Source: Verrucomicrobiota bacterium
GTDB taxonomy: Bacteria; Verrucomicrobiota; Verrucomicrobiia; Chthoniobacterales; Chthoniobacteraceae
Assembly (NCBI GenBank): GCA_026398235.1
Contig: JAPLTE010000040.1
Coordinates: 578 to 64,577 of the forward strand
Direction of reading: 5' to 3'
DNA: 64,000 nt
Positions 23,821 to 33,271 of the stretch are shown piece after piece. A program made the translations under genes and the position numbers. Each line of letters opens with the position of its first letter. Positions within the stretch are counted from its first letter, which is position 1. Under the pieces are notes generated by a model. That model saw only the letters and a list, made by a program, of their open reading frames with translations. It did not search any database and was not told the DNA's origin.

Positions 23821-26100
23821 TTAGAAATTGATCCAGCGTTCCGGTACCATGATGAGGTCGTCCGGTTCAATCAGAGGGTCTTTGTCCAATTCGGCTTTAT
23901 CAATGATCCGCTGCATATCCACCATGATGGTCTGGTACTCATCATGCCGAAGGATTTCATGGGGATAAGCGACCTCGAACAGTCGGCGATTGAGGCGCAC
24001 GACGGCTTTGTCCTGGGGATTGTAGGGAGCCTTTTTGATTTCCTGCGGGCAGGCATCTTCGAGCAGCAACCGGTTCAGGCGCACCAATTCGTCCCCTTCG
24101 GGGTTGAGCGTCAGTAACGCAAGGGATTCGGGGGAGATTTCCACTTTCTCAAAAGATTGAGGCGTATAGATCGAACCGGACCGCAGAATCGTGTTGAGTT
24201 TTGTCAGCAAGACTTCCATGAGACCGGCTTCCTGCTGCCGGGTGGCTGCGGCCGCGTTCTCCAGTGTCTTGCGTTCCTGCTCGTTAAATTGGTTCCAGAG
24301 GAAGAGGAAAAGCGGGTCGTTGTGGCTCTTGAGCTTGAGAACAAAGCCGGAGAGATCCAGGAAATCGTCGGTGGTGAACAGGCAGGTGTTGGACTGCGCC
24401 GCGACCGCAAGCGCGATTTCTGGCGGCAGTTTTACGCTTGCGAAGCGGGCTTCGGTGTAAGATGAGCCTTCCTTGAAAATCCGGTTGAACTCCTTGACGA
24501 TAGCCATGCGCTGTTGATCGGCATTGGCGCGGGGATCGGTCAGGATCTGCCGGGACGGGTAGGTGAGGTGTTCCCACACAAAGAGCGATAGGGCATCCTT
24601 GTGCTCGCGCAATTTATTCACAAGGCTGCGAAGCTTGAGGATATCCCCGGGCACCAGAAGATAGGTCTCGGCCGGGTTTTTGCGCAGCAGTTTGACTTTT
24701 CGTTTGTTAGCGAACTCCGAGAAGCCCCCGGCGTGCGCGATCACCTGGCTTACGGACAGGTTGCCGCCGGAAAGCATTTCCATCGTCTGAGGGTAATGCA
24801 CCTGCCCCATGACGGAAACTTTGCTGTTGGTGCGCTTGCTTTCGGGGACGACGACCAGGTCGTTTGGCTCCAGCGTGGGATCCTTGTCCAGCAGGCCTTT
24901 ATCCAGAATTTCCGCCACGTTGACGATGAATACCTGGTATTCGGGTAATCTGTTCCTGCGCAATTCCCGTGGATAGGCGTCTTCAAGCACACTCAGGGTG
25001 ATTGCGGCGAAGCGCTGGTCGTCATAGAGCAATTCGCCCTGGATGGCCTTGTTGAGTTCTTCGATCAATACAAATTTTTGTTGTTGCGGGGTGGATTTGG
25101 GATTGGTCAGCACCGCCAGGGATTCGGGGGCGAACCGCGATTTCAAAAGCTGCGAAAGCGGGTCCGGGTTGGCCCCGATTTTATTGGAAAGCGCGAAGGG
25201 ATTCAGAAAATCCTCCACCACAAACCAGGGGATCGTCACGTTTTTGCGCAGGAGCTTCACCTTCTCCTTGTCTGCGTACTCCGCAAAGCCTTGGGCGCGG
25301 GTGATGGCCTTGCTGACGGTCAGTTGCTCGTTTTCCTGAAGATCCATGCCTCCGGCAACACTGACCCTTCCCAATACATACACCTTGCTGTGGAAGCGTT
25401 TGACTTCGGGAATGATGATGGTGTCGTTGGGAAGCACCGCCGGATCTTTGTCGAGCAGCCCTTTGTCGATGATTTCGCCCACATTCACGATGGTCATCTC
25501 AATTTTCCCCTGCGCGCCTCTCCGGAACAGGCGCACATTTTCCTTGTCGGCAAAATCCGCAAACCCTTGGGCGCGGGCGATGGCCTTACTGAGGGTGAGT
25601 GTTTCACCTGCGGGAATATCCATGCCGCCGGGGAGGCGGGCCAGGCCCATAATGTACACTTTGCCAATCGAGCGCTCGCTATGGGTTTCCAGCCCGAGAA
25701 TAACGGTCGCCTTGTAATAGAATTCCTTTTCCAGGAGCGGCTTGATCTCCGAGGCGAGCTTTTTGCACGTTTTGCCTGTGGCGGTTATGTGCCCGATGAG
25801 GGGTACATCCAGGTCCCCCGCGTCATTGACAACCAGGGTAATAGCCGGCACCCGTTCTTCGGCAATGCGGTAGCTGAGTCGGTCGCCCTTGTCCAACTTT
25901 ACGGTGTCGTTGAGAATGTCGATATAAGCCTGGCTGGGCGTGGGGGAGGGAGTGGCCTGAGCCAACGGTTGCGCATGGATTTGCGCAGGGGTCATTTTGT
26001 CGGCGGGCAGCGGCGGAATAAGTTCGGTTTGAGCCCAAATGGTTGAAGAGCCAAGACAGATCCAAAGCGCGAAAGAGAGGGCGATTTTATGGATTTTCAT
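23821..26100 (-). CDS. Wza-family polysaccharide export protein with SLBB array interrupted by repeated inserts
   Basis: Signal peptide MKIHKIALSFALWICLGSSTIWA. Poly_export-like segment (KLDKGDRLSYRI...). Repeated SLBB ends (...IIDKGLLDKDPAVLPNDTIIIPE, ...ILDKGLLDKDPTLEPNDLVVVPE, ...IIDKAELDKDPLIEPDDLIMVPE). ATG 26100. Confidence 0.85.
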   Translation of the reverse strand: MKIHKIALSFALWICLGSSTIWAQTELIPPLPADKMTPAQIHAQPLAQATPSPTPSQAYIDILNDTVKLDKGDRLSYRIAEERVPAITLVVNDAGDLDVPLIGHITATGKTCKKLASEIKPLLEKEFYYKATVILGLETHSERSIGKVYIMGLARLPGGMDIPAGETLTLSKAIARAQGFADFADKENVRLFRRGAQGKIEMTIVNVGEIIDKGLLDKDPAVLPNDTIIIPEVKRFHSKVYVLGRVSVAGGMDLQENEQLTVSKAITRAQGFAEYADKEKVKLLRKNVTIPWFVVEDFLNPFALSNKIGANPDPLSQLLKSRFAPESLAVLTNPKSTPQQQKFVLIEELNKAIQGELLYDDQRFAAITLSVLEDAYPRELRRNRLPEYQVFIVNVAEILDKGLLDKDPTLEPNDLVVVPESKRTNSKVSVMGQVHYPQTMEMLSGGNLSVSQVIAHAGGFSEFANKRKVKLLRKNPAETYLLVPGDILKLRSLVNKLREHKDALSLFVWEHLTYPSRQILTDPRANADQQRMAIVKEFNRIFKEGSSYTEARFASVKLPPEIALAVAAQSNTCLFTTDDFLDLSGFVLKLKSHNDPLFLFLWNQFNEQERKTLENAAAATRQQEAGLMEVLLTKLNTILRSGSIYTPQSFEKVEISPESLALLTLNPEGDELVRLNRLLLEDACPQEIKKAPYNPQDKAVVRLNRRLFEVAYPHEILRHDEYQTIMVDMQRIIDKAELDKDPLIEPDDLIMVPERWINF

Positions 26101-26247
26101 CAGGGGCGGGAGATAGTTTGTTGGTAAACTACTACGGGTAAGGAGTGAAACATGATTGGGTTTGGCCGTCAATTGGCAAAAGCTTGCGTAAAAGGCGGCG
26201 GTTTGCCGCATGTGAGTCCGCCGAAAGAATGGAATAAGATGCATATT

Positions 26248-27543
26248 TTAAAATTGGTAATTCACAGCCCAAGTAATGGTGTTCTGCTTGTAGTTTTGAG
26301 CGGGATCATCCGCAACTTTTTCGATAAACCGATAGCCGAGGGTGGTGGACATTTTCCTTGAGAGCCGGTAGCTGGTGTTGAGCATGCAGCCGTATTGGCG
26401 GTAATGGAAGGAGCCGAAAATCATCCCCGCATTGGTGGTGTCTTCGGCAAAAAGCCCTGTGGAGATGCTGATATGGGAGTTGACCCGCCAGGTGGAGTTA
26501 TACCTCACATATTGCACTTGGGTTTGCAAACCGAGCAGGCTCAGAGCGACTTGGCGCCCAATGGAAAGGTTGTGGGTGTAATAGGTGTTGAGGCGGTTGG
26601 AGAGCGTGAGGTCATAATAATTCGTGCTCGAATCAATGCCCATGCTGCCCGCCCCCCCGGTTCCGGTGAATACGTTGCCGCTTTGGGTGCGCGTTATCCC
26701 GGAGGAGGCGATAAGACTTGTGTATTGCGTCAGACGCAGCGCTGCGGTTGGCCCATAGGAGAAAGCCGTGCTGTCTTGTTCAGGCGCCCCAGGAAAGCTG
26801 GTGGCTTGCGCGGAGGCCGAGAAGCCAATGTTGAGCAGGGAAAGCACCTGGCAGTTTGCCGAAAGGTGAGCCGAATCGGTTGTGCTATTGAGTCGGCTGG
26901 TGGTGAGGTTCTTCGTGGCGGCTGTGGTGCTTGTGTTGCCCAGGGTGGTGATGCTCAGGGCGTACAGGCTGCTGTGCGTATAGCCGAAATCCACTTTGGT
27001 TTTGCTGTTCACATTCCATTGGGCGTCCGCTCCAATGCTGTTCACAAACCGCCGGAACTGCGCGACGTTGCTCAGGGAGCCGTCTGTGGTGGGGTCGGAC
27101 TGCATGGAAAATCCATCATGGAGGCGGATTTTGAAATGCCCCGCGTGAATGATAAAGGAGAGTTCGGAATCCGGGGCGATGTTGATGTCCATCACCTGCT
27201 GGTTCAGTTCGGGGTGGAAGACGTATTCCCTAAAACCGAGATTCGCCGTCAGGCGCAGGTCGTTGCTGTTGGTTTCACTCAGGGGGAGAAATTGCAACTG
27301 CGTGGCCGCGGTGATGCCCAGGTTGGGGTAGATGGTCAGTTCCGGCTGGATCGGGGTGGTTTTGCCGTTGGAGAGATTGACGTTGTCGGTGTACTCGGTG
27401 GAGACCCCGGCAGTCAGGATGACGTAAACCGGCCCGGCTTTTACGTTGAAATACCGTTGGGGCCCCTCCGCCTGCCCCAGGGCGGTGGTGCCCAGGCACG
27501 CCATGCAAAGCGCAAGGAGAACGGCAAGTCTGATTACCGGCAT
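26248..27543 (-). CDS. Outer-membrane beta-barrel protein associated with EPS export
   Basis: Signal peptide (MPVIRLAVLLALCMACLGTTALGQA). Alternating-hydrophobic strand pattern rich in S/T/N/Y/G, and a C-terminal aromatic residue (...WAVNYQF). Confidence 0.75.
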   Translation of the reverse strand: MPVIRLAVLLALCMACLGTTALGQAEGPQRYFNVKAGPVYVILTAGVSTEYTDNVNLSNGKTTPIQPELTIYPNLGITAATQLQFLPLSETNSNDLRLTANLGFREYVFHPELNQQVMDINIAPDSELSFIIHAGHFKIRLHDGFSMQSDPTTDGSLSNVAQFRRFVNSIGADAQWNVNSKTKVDFGYTHSSLYALSITTLGNTSTTAATKNLTTSRLNSTTDSAHLSANCQVLSLLNIGFSASAQATSFPGAPEQDSTAFSYGPTAALRLTQYTSLIASSGITRTQSGNVFTGTGGAGSMGIDSSTNYYDLTLSNRLNTYYTHNLSIGRQVALSLLGLQTQVQYVRYNSTWRVNSHISISTGLFAEDTTNAGMIFGSFHYRQYGCMLNTSYRLSRKMSTTLGYRFIEKVADDPAQNYKQNTITWAVNYQF

Positions 27544-27671
27544 GGGTGTGCGTGGGATGTTTTCAAGCGGTTAAAGGCATCCCCCGGCAAAAACCATCAG
27601 GTTTGGGCCGACGGCGGCATCAGGGATAACGTCACGGCTGACTATAGCCGAGGCGGCCTTTCGCGCAATCA

Positions 27672-27699
27672 CAAAAACCCGCCGTTCCTCGCCCGGTTT
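27672..27699 (-). terminator. Weak candidate terminator after rhaA
   Basis: On the minus strand, AAACCGGGCG-aggaa-CGGCGGGTTT forms a stem with 2 mismatches, followed by TTTTTGTG. Confidence 0.3.
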
Positions 27700-27788
27700 C
27701 AGGCAATTACAAGCGGGCGGCACGACGGTGGACCGCCTTGGGATGGCGGCCACGGTTTCCCTCGGAGAGCGCGCTCGGATGCCCCTTC

Positions 27789-29039
27789 CTAGCGCTGGGA
27801 AAGCACCTGGCACTCGTAGGCTTTGACTTCGGCCAACCAGGCTGCGCCCACCGGCACATTCTGCCGTTTGCAATATTCGTCCCACACGGGGCCGAACGGA
27901 AGGCTCTTGGCCTCTTCCAGGAGCGCGAGCCGCGAAGTGTGGTCGCCCGCGTTTTCCGCCTGCCGCAAGGCGCTCGTCGGTTCCAGCAGGGCGAGCAAGA
28001 GGCATTTGATGGCGTTGCGGGTGCCGATGACCCATGCGGCGATGCGGTTGATGCTGGCGTCAAAGAAATCGAGCCCGATGTGGGTGCGGCCCAGGAAGTC
28101 GCCCCGCACGAGTTCTTCCATGATGCCGCGCGTGGCGTCATCGACGAGCACGACATGGTCGCTGTCCCACCGAACGCCCCGGCTGACGTGCAGGAGCAGT
28201 TCGGGCACGAACTGGAGCATGGAGGAGATTTTGTCCGAAAGGTTTTCGGTCGGGTGGAAGTGTCCCGCGTCCAAAGTGATGAGCTTCTGGTTTTTCACCG
28301 CGTAGCCCATATAGAACTCGTGCGAGCCGACGACGTATGATTCGGAGCCGATGCCGAACAGCTTGCTTTCGACCGCGTCGCGGTTGAAGGCCGGGTCGAT
28401 CGGTTCGGCAAAGATGGCGTCGAGCGAGGCTTCGAGGCGGGCACGGGGAGCTTTGCGGTCCACCGGCGTGTCTTTGTAGCCGTCGGGAATCCAGAAGTTT
28501 GTGATGCACGTTTTGCCGGTTTGCTTGCCCATGTCCGCGGCGATTTTGCGGCACGCGATGCCGTGCTCGATCCAGAATTGGCGCACTCCGGGGTCTTTGT
28601 GGGCGAGGGTGAAGCCGTCATTGGAGAGCGGGTGGGAGAAGTAGCTGGGGTTGAAGTCGAGGCCGAGGCCGCGCTCTTTGCACCAGTCGATCCAGACTTG
28701 GAATAAATCGGTGGTATACGCATTGCGCTCGACCTTTTTGCCATCGAGATCGGCATACAGGGCGTGCAGATTGAGCCGGTGTTTGCCGGGGATGAGCGCG
28801 AGGGCTTTATCCAGATCCTGCCGGAGTTGCCCGTTGGTGCGGGCTTTGCCGGGGTAGTTGCCGGTGGCCTGAATGCCGCCGCTGAGCGTCGCGTCCGGGT
28901 TTTCCGAACCGGCCACGTCGTCGCCCTGCCAGCAGTGGAGGGAGATCGGGATGCTTTGCAGCTTTTGGAGAGCGGCTTCGGTATTTACGCCGAGGGCGGC
29001 GTAGGCTTCTTGAGCGAGGGAATAGGCTGGTGTGCTCAT
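27789..29039 (-). CDS. rhaA: L-rhamnose isomerase
   Basis: Colinear with RhaA as I recall it from E. coli: [71 protein letters not shown]. Confidence 0.97.
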   Translation of the reverse strand: MSTPAYSLAQEAYAALGVNTEAALQKLQSIPISLHCWQGDDVAGSENPDATLSGGIQATGNYPGKARTNGQLRQDLDKALALIPGKHRLNLHALYADLDGKKVERNAYTTDLFQVWIDWCKERGLGLDFNPSYFSHPLSNDGFTLAHKDPGVRQFWIEHGIACRKIAADMGKQTGKTCITNFWIPDGYKDTPVDRKAPRARLEASLDAIFAEPIDPAFNRDAVESKLFGIGSESYVVGSHEFYMGYAVKNQKLITLDAGHFHPTENLSDKISSMLQFVPELLLHVSRGVRWDSDHVVLVDDATRGIMEELVRGDFLGRTHIGLDFFDASINRIAAWVIGTRNAIKCLLLALLEPTSALRQAENAGDHTSRLALLEEAKSLPFGPVWDEYCKRQNVPVGAAWLAEVKAYECQVLSQR

Positions 29040-29079
29040 GTGCGGATCAAGGTTGGTTTTTATAAAACGTTCTAGAAGG

Positions 29080-30258
29080 CTAGTGGATGCCGAGGCCTTT
29101 CAGGTAGGTGCCCACGCCGATGATGATGGTGGAAAGAATAAGGGCCGCGATGCCGGAGCCGATGAGCCGGTGCGCTTTTTTGCTGGACCCTTTCCATTCG
29201 TGGAAAATCCATCCCCACATCGTGCTAAAAATAATAATGCTGGCCATGTGAAGCGTCCAACTGGCAAAGCCGAATTTGCCCATTTGCGTCTCGCCCATGG
29301 TGTAGAAGAAAAATTGGAAATACCAAGTGGCACCCGCAAGTGCGGAAAAGAGGTAGTTGCGCAGCCGGGGCACCTGCAATTCCGTATGAGTGGATGTGGC
29401 TACAGTGGCGACTCCGCCGCCGTGTTCGCCGCCGCCTTCACCGCCATGGTGGGCGTGTTCGGGACGGACTTCTGCGGCGAGGTACTGGTAACCCGTGCGG
29501 TTCTTGATGTTCAGGAGCACGCACCAGATGAAGTTGGTGGTAAAGCCACCGAGCAGCACCACAACCAACTTCGGCAGGCCCGTCCAAATTTCGGTGGTCC
29601 CGGCAAGTCCCGAGGCGTCGCCGATCGGCTTGCCAGCCGTGAGGGCGAAAGAGAAGCAGGCGCTCATGATGCCCGAGAAGGTCGCCACCAGAATGCCCTT
29701 GCTGAAGTTAAACTCCGCCACTGATTTCTTTTTCTCTTCCTCGGGCATCTCCTTTTCTTTGGTCAACCCGGCCATCGCAGCGATGGCAATGCCGAGTAAA
29801 CATACCCCTACGCCGGCGAGGGTGATCTGGCCGGGCGGGGTGGAGGCGATTTGCGCCAGCGTTTCAGGAACGGGAATGGTGCCGACAAAGGTCTTTAAAA
29901 ACGGCGGCAACAGCGTGCCGAACGCGGCGCAATATCCCAGCGCGATTCCCATGCCGAGCGACATTCCCAGATAGCGCATCGTAAGACCAAAGGTGAGCCC
30001 GCCCGCCCCCCACATCGCACCGAAAAAATAGGTCCACCAAAGGGTGGCCAACGATTGGCGGCTCAGAACCCCCAGCAAATCTTTCGTCATGAACCCGGCA
30101 AAAAACCAGGGACAGATAATCCAGGAAACAAAGCCACCGACCAGCCAATAGGTTTCCCAGGACCATTTGCGGACCTGCCGGTAGGGAACGTAAAATGAGC
30201 CGGAGGCCAAGCCGCCGAGCCAGTGAAAGAATACGCCAAGGAAGGGATTGGGGGTCAT
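29080..30258 (-). CDS. rhaT: L-rhamnose-proton symporter
   Basis: RhaT-type N-terminus ([30 protein letters not shown]), 10-TM DMT-like layout, adjacent to rhaA. Confidence 0.9.
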   Translation of the reverse strand: MTPNPFLGVFFHWLGGLASGSFYVPYRQVRKWSWETYWLVGGFVSWIICPWFFAGFMTKDLLGVLSRQSLATLWWTYFFGAMWGAGGLTFGLTMRYLGMSLGMGIALGYCAAFGTLLPPFLKTFVGTIPVPETLAQIASTPPGQITLAGVGVCLLGIAIAAMAGLTKEKEMPEEEKKKSVAEFNFSKGILVATFSGIMSACFSFALTAGKPIGDASGLAGTTEIWTGLPKLVVVLLGGFTTNFIWCVLLNIKNRTGYQYLAAEVRPEHAHHGGEGGGEHGGGVATVATSTHTELQVPRLRNYLFSALAGATWYFQFFFYTMGETQMGKFGFASWTLHMASIIIFSTMWGWIFHEWKGSSKKAHRLIGSGIAALILSTIIIGVGTYLKGLGIH

Positions 30259-30305
30259 AAGGAGGGGGCTTTTACATCAGGGAGAAACCGAAAGAGGAGC
30301 GTTAT

Positions 30306-30579
30306 TAAGAAGCTGTCTAAAAATTAGAGCGGGGTGCGCAAGAGGGAGAAATGGGTTCTGAGAAGGCACGAGTGAGGAGCAGATCGGTTGATCTGTGACG
30401 AGCGAGGAACGCTCTCAGAGCCCGTTTATACCCTCTTGCCCGGAGGGTTGCGCATCTTTTGGCGCTGGCCTGCGTTGTGCGTCGGTCGCGTATCTGAAGA
30501 TATGCTCCCTCCGCACCGCCTTGGCCAACCCCAAAACCTGCTGCAACGCACCCCGCTCTAATTTTTAGACAGCTTCTTA
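30306..30579. repeat. 274-bp element bounded by perfect 33-bp terminal inverted repeats (MITE-like or long structured RNA)
   Basis: TAAGAAGCTGTCTAAAAATTAGAGCGGGGTGCG at 30306-30338 is the exact reverse complement of 30547-30579. The interior contains further short hairpins (CAGATCggttGATCTG, GAGCGaggaaCGCTC, CGGAGGG...CCCTCCG). Confidence 0.85.
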
Positions 30580-30631
30580 GAGCTTTTCCCCTCATTTGTA
30601 AATAGACGAACTGGCGCAACGCATATAAGAA

Positions 30632-31552
30632 ATGGCATGTATGAATGACCTTGCGTTCTACTTTCCAGACGGCGGGGCCTCCGAAATTTGGGGGGCTGCG
30701 GTCACTGCGTGCGGAAGGACGGGAGCGGTTCCCGGTGGCCCTTATCCTCCCAACCCGCGGCAACATCCCGGGGATCATCTTTTTTGGCTTCCCCAAGGGG
30801 GGCGCATTCTGGATTGCTATCAACTGCTTTACATTTCCTCCGGCAAGGGATGGTTTGAATCGACCGCCACGGGGAAAGTCGAAATGAAGGCCGGTTCGGC
30901 ATTCCTGCTTTTCCCCGAGGTTTGGCATCGCTATTCCCCAGACCCGGAGTCGGGTTGGACCGAGTATTTTATCGAACTGCGCGGGCCGAATTTGGAGCGG
31001 TTGCGGCAGGCCGGGGTGTTGCGGCCGCAAAATGCCGTGTTCCACCCCGGGCTGGATACCGAACTGGTCGAGGCTTTCCATGCGCTCCACCGCCTGGCCC
31101 GACAGGCGGGGGCCGGCGGAAGGGAGCAAATGGGCACGCTGGGAATGTACCTTCTGGCCCGGCTCATTTTTTCCAGCAGCGCCCGGGAACTGAGCCCGGA
31201 GGAAAAGGCGGTGCGGCAGACCGAATCGCGGATGCGGGAAAAACTGGGCGAAAGCTTCGACATGACCGAGCTGGCCCGGGAGTTTGGCGTCGGGTATGAC
31301 CGCTTCCGCCGCTTTTTTAAAGCGCTGACGGGCCTGCCGCCCAAGCATTATTACCGGAAACTGCAAATGCGGCGCGCGGAGGAGCTCCTGCTTCACACGG
31401 AACGCAACCTGGCGGAAATTGCGGAGGAACTCGGCTTTAACACCGCCTTTCACCTTTCAGCCGCTTTCAAGGAACACGCAGGGATCGCTCCGTCCCATTG
31501 GCGGGAGCGGCGCAGGGGAGTGGTGGATTTGCCCCAAGCTCTGCGTGATTGA
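30632..31552 (+). CDS. AraC-family transcriptional regulator (cupin-like sensor + HTH_18)
   Basis: The C-terminal dual HTH is DMTELAREFGVGYDRFRRFFKALTGLPPKHY...LAEIAEELGFNTAFHLSAAFKEHAGIAPSHWR. Confidence 0.9.
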   Translation: MACMNDLAFYFPDGGASEIWGAAVTACGRTGAVPGGPYPPNPRQHPGDHLFWLPQGGRILDCYQLLYISSGKGWFESTATGKVEMKAGSAFLLFPEVWHRYSPDPESGWTEYFIELRGPNLERLRQAGVLRPQNAVFHPGLDTELVEAFHALHRLARQAGAGGREQMGTLGMYLLARLIFSSSARELSPEEKAVRQTESRMREKLGESFDMTELAREFGVGYDRFRRFFKALTGLPPKHYYRKLQMRRAEELLLHTERNLAEIAEELGFNTAFHLSAAFKEHAGIAPSHWRERRRGVVDLPQALRD

Positions 31553-32445
31553 CCCCGCTCATAAATGTGTCAGAATGCGGGGCGTTGAAAGTCCCCCTGC
31601 ACATCGTCCTCGCCCGCCGGGAGCGCCTCGCGGCCATGCTTGCCCAGCATGGATACATGCCCGTGAGTGAATTGTGCTGCCGCCTCAAGGTTTCCGAGGC
31701 CACCGCGCGCCGGGATCTTGCGGCTCTCGCGGGGGAGAAGAAAATCAAGCGTACCTACGGGGGGGCGGTCTCGGAATTTGACAATCGCTTTCCCTCTTTT
31801 CTGGAGCGAACCGGGACCTCGCGCAGGGCGAAAACACAGATTGCGGCCGCTGCCCTTTCGTATCTTTCCCCAGGGTTGACGATCTTTCTGGATTCCGGCA
31901 CGACGATGTATGCCATTGCCGAGGCGTTCCGCGCCCAACCCGTGGTCCCGCTGACGGTCGTGACCTGCAACATTCCCGTCGGCGAAATGCTTGCCGCCAT
32001 TCCCGGGGTCCACGTTTTCCTTGTGGCGGGGCAGTTGCTCGCGCGGCAGTCCACCCTCCTTGGAGATGCGGCGGTGCGCAGCCTGCAATTCTGGCGCTTT
32101 GACGTGGCTTTTCTCTCCGCCGAGGGAATGGACCAGGCGGGGATCTGGAATTCCCAGCAGGCGATCGTTGCACAACAAAAAGTGACCCTCCAGCGGAGCA
32201 CGCGTTCGATTTTCTGTCTCGATGGAGGCAAACTCAATCGGCAGGCCCCGGACATCCTGCTGCCGTGGAGGGATGTGGATGTTCTGCTTACGGAAGTCCC
32301 TATGCAGAAGCTGATTGCATCGGGAATTGAAATCACTGCCAAGCAATATTGGCATGCTCCGGGAGGGGCGCAATCGTGTCCCCTGGAGCGGATCCAAGCC
32401 GGGGAACGCCCTGGGATTGAGGCGTTTCCCGTGGAGCTTCTATAA
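31549..32445 (+). CDS. DeoR-family transcriptional regulator
   Basis: RRERLAAMLAQHGYMPVSELCCRLKVSEATARRDLAALAGEKKIKRTYGGAV is the DeoR HTH. A DeoR C-terminal sugar-phosphate sensor domain follows (IFLDSGTT...). The start is uncertain: TTG 31549 overlaps the araC stop, and in-frame GTG/TTG codons lie at about 31567/31585. Confidence 0.85.
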   Translation: MTPLINVSECGALKVPLHIVLARRERLAAMLAQHGYMPVSELCCRLKVSEATARRDLAALAGEKKIKRTYGGAVSEFDNRFPSFLERTGTSRRAKTQIAAAALSYLSPGLTIFLDSGTTMYAIAEAFRAQPVVPLTVVTCNIPVGEMLAAIPGVHVFLVAGQLLARQSTLLGDAAVRSLQFWRFDVAFLSAEGMDQAGIWNSQQAIVAQQKVTLQRSTRSIFCLDGGKLNRQAPDILLPWRDVDVLLTEVPMQKLIASGIEITAKQYWHAPGGAQSCPLERIQAGERPGIEAFPVELL

Positions 32446-32451
32446 GGCACG

Positions 32452-32520
32452 AAAATTTTTTCCAAATTTTTTATTGACGAGTCAAAGGCTCCTGATATGA
32501 CTGAGGTCAATCATATAAAT
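32452..32520 (+). promoter_or_regulatory. Candidate promoter and paired operator half-site repeats upstream of the BMC operon
   Basis: AT-rich tract AAAATTTTTTCCAAATTTTTTA. TTGACG (32474-32479), a 16-nt spacer, then TATGAC (32496-32501). Two inverted repeats of the form TGAC-N-GTCAA: TTGACGAGTCAA (32474-32485) and TGACTGAGGTCAA (32498-32510). Confidence 0.4.
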
Positions 32521-32551
32521 CAGCCCCCCCATTTTCCTGTCCTGAACCCCC

Positions 32552-33229
32552 ATGAGCACCGCATCCCCTGTTGATCACCGTTCTTCTGTTGAGGCACTCG
32601 TTCGTGAGGCGCTTTACCGGCAGATGGGGAGAAAAGCGCCCGCCGGACCGGCTCCGGTCTTGCTGGTGAACAGTTCGGCTCGCCACATGCACATCTCCCC
32701 GGAGAATTTGGAAGTGCTCTTCGGCAAAGGGGCCGAATTGACGGTGCACAAGATGCTTTACCAGGAGGGGCAGTTCGCTTCTCAGCAGACGGTGACGATG
32801 ATTGGGCCACGCAAGCGGATTATCCCCAATTTGCGCATCCTCGGCCCCTGCCGCAACCTGACGCAGGTGGAGTTATCCATCACCGACTCCGTCCAGCTCG
32901 GCATTGATATTCCGATCCGCGCTTCGGGGAATATCGAGGGAACCCCCGGGTGCTACATTATGGGGCCCAAGGGGATGCTGGAAATGAAGAACGGCGTCAT
33001 CCGGGCCTGGCGGCATGTGCATATGTCTCCGGAGGATGCGAAGCATTACGGGGTCAAGCACATGGAAACCGTCACCCTCAAAGTGACCGCCAAGGATTGC
33101 ACCACCCGTTTTGACGATCTGCTGGTGCGGGTCGATCCTACTTTTAAGCTCGAAGTCCACATCGACACCGACGAAGCCAATGCCTGCGACTTGGAGCACG
33201 CTTCCAAGGTGGAAATTTTCAAATCGTAA
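32552..33229 (+). CDS. pduL: PduL-type phosphotransacylase with N-terminal encapsulation-peptide-like helix
   Basis: Duplicated PduL repeats (SARHMHISPENLEVLFG... and AWRHVHMSPEDAKHYG...). HIDTDEANA. N-terminal amphipathic SVEALVREALYRQM followed by a Pro/Ala/Gly linker. Confidence 0.93.
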   Translation: MSTASPVDHRSSVEALVREALYRQMGRKAPAGPAPVLLVNSSARHMHISPENLEVLFGKGAELTVHKMLYQEGQFASQQTVTMIGPRKRIIPNLRILGPCRNLTQVELSITDSVQLGIDIPIRASGNIEGTPGCYIMGPKGMLEMKNGVIRAWRHVHMSPEDAKHYGVKHMETVTLKVTAKDCTTRFDDLLVRVDPTFKLEVHIDTDEANACDLEHASKVEIFKS

Positions 33230-33271
33230 CCCCAAAAAATCTCGTAACATCCAACCCAAACGCAAAATAAT

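Noticed and set aside
25078-27792. Plus-strand ORFs 25078-26046 and 26395-27792
   Set aside because: They are antisense to the Wza-like and beta-barrel OMP genes, which have signal peptides and family-typical patterns.
30317-31453. 378-aa minus-strand ORF spanning the TIR element and the AraC gene
   Set aside because: It is antisense to a clear AraC-family gene. Its N-terminal part would have to read through the inverted-repeat element. It has no motifs.
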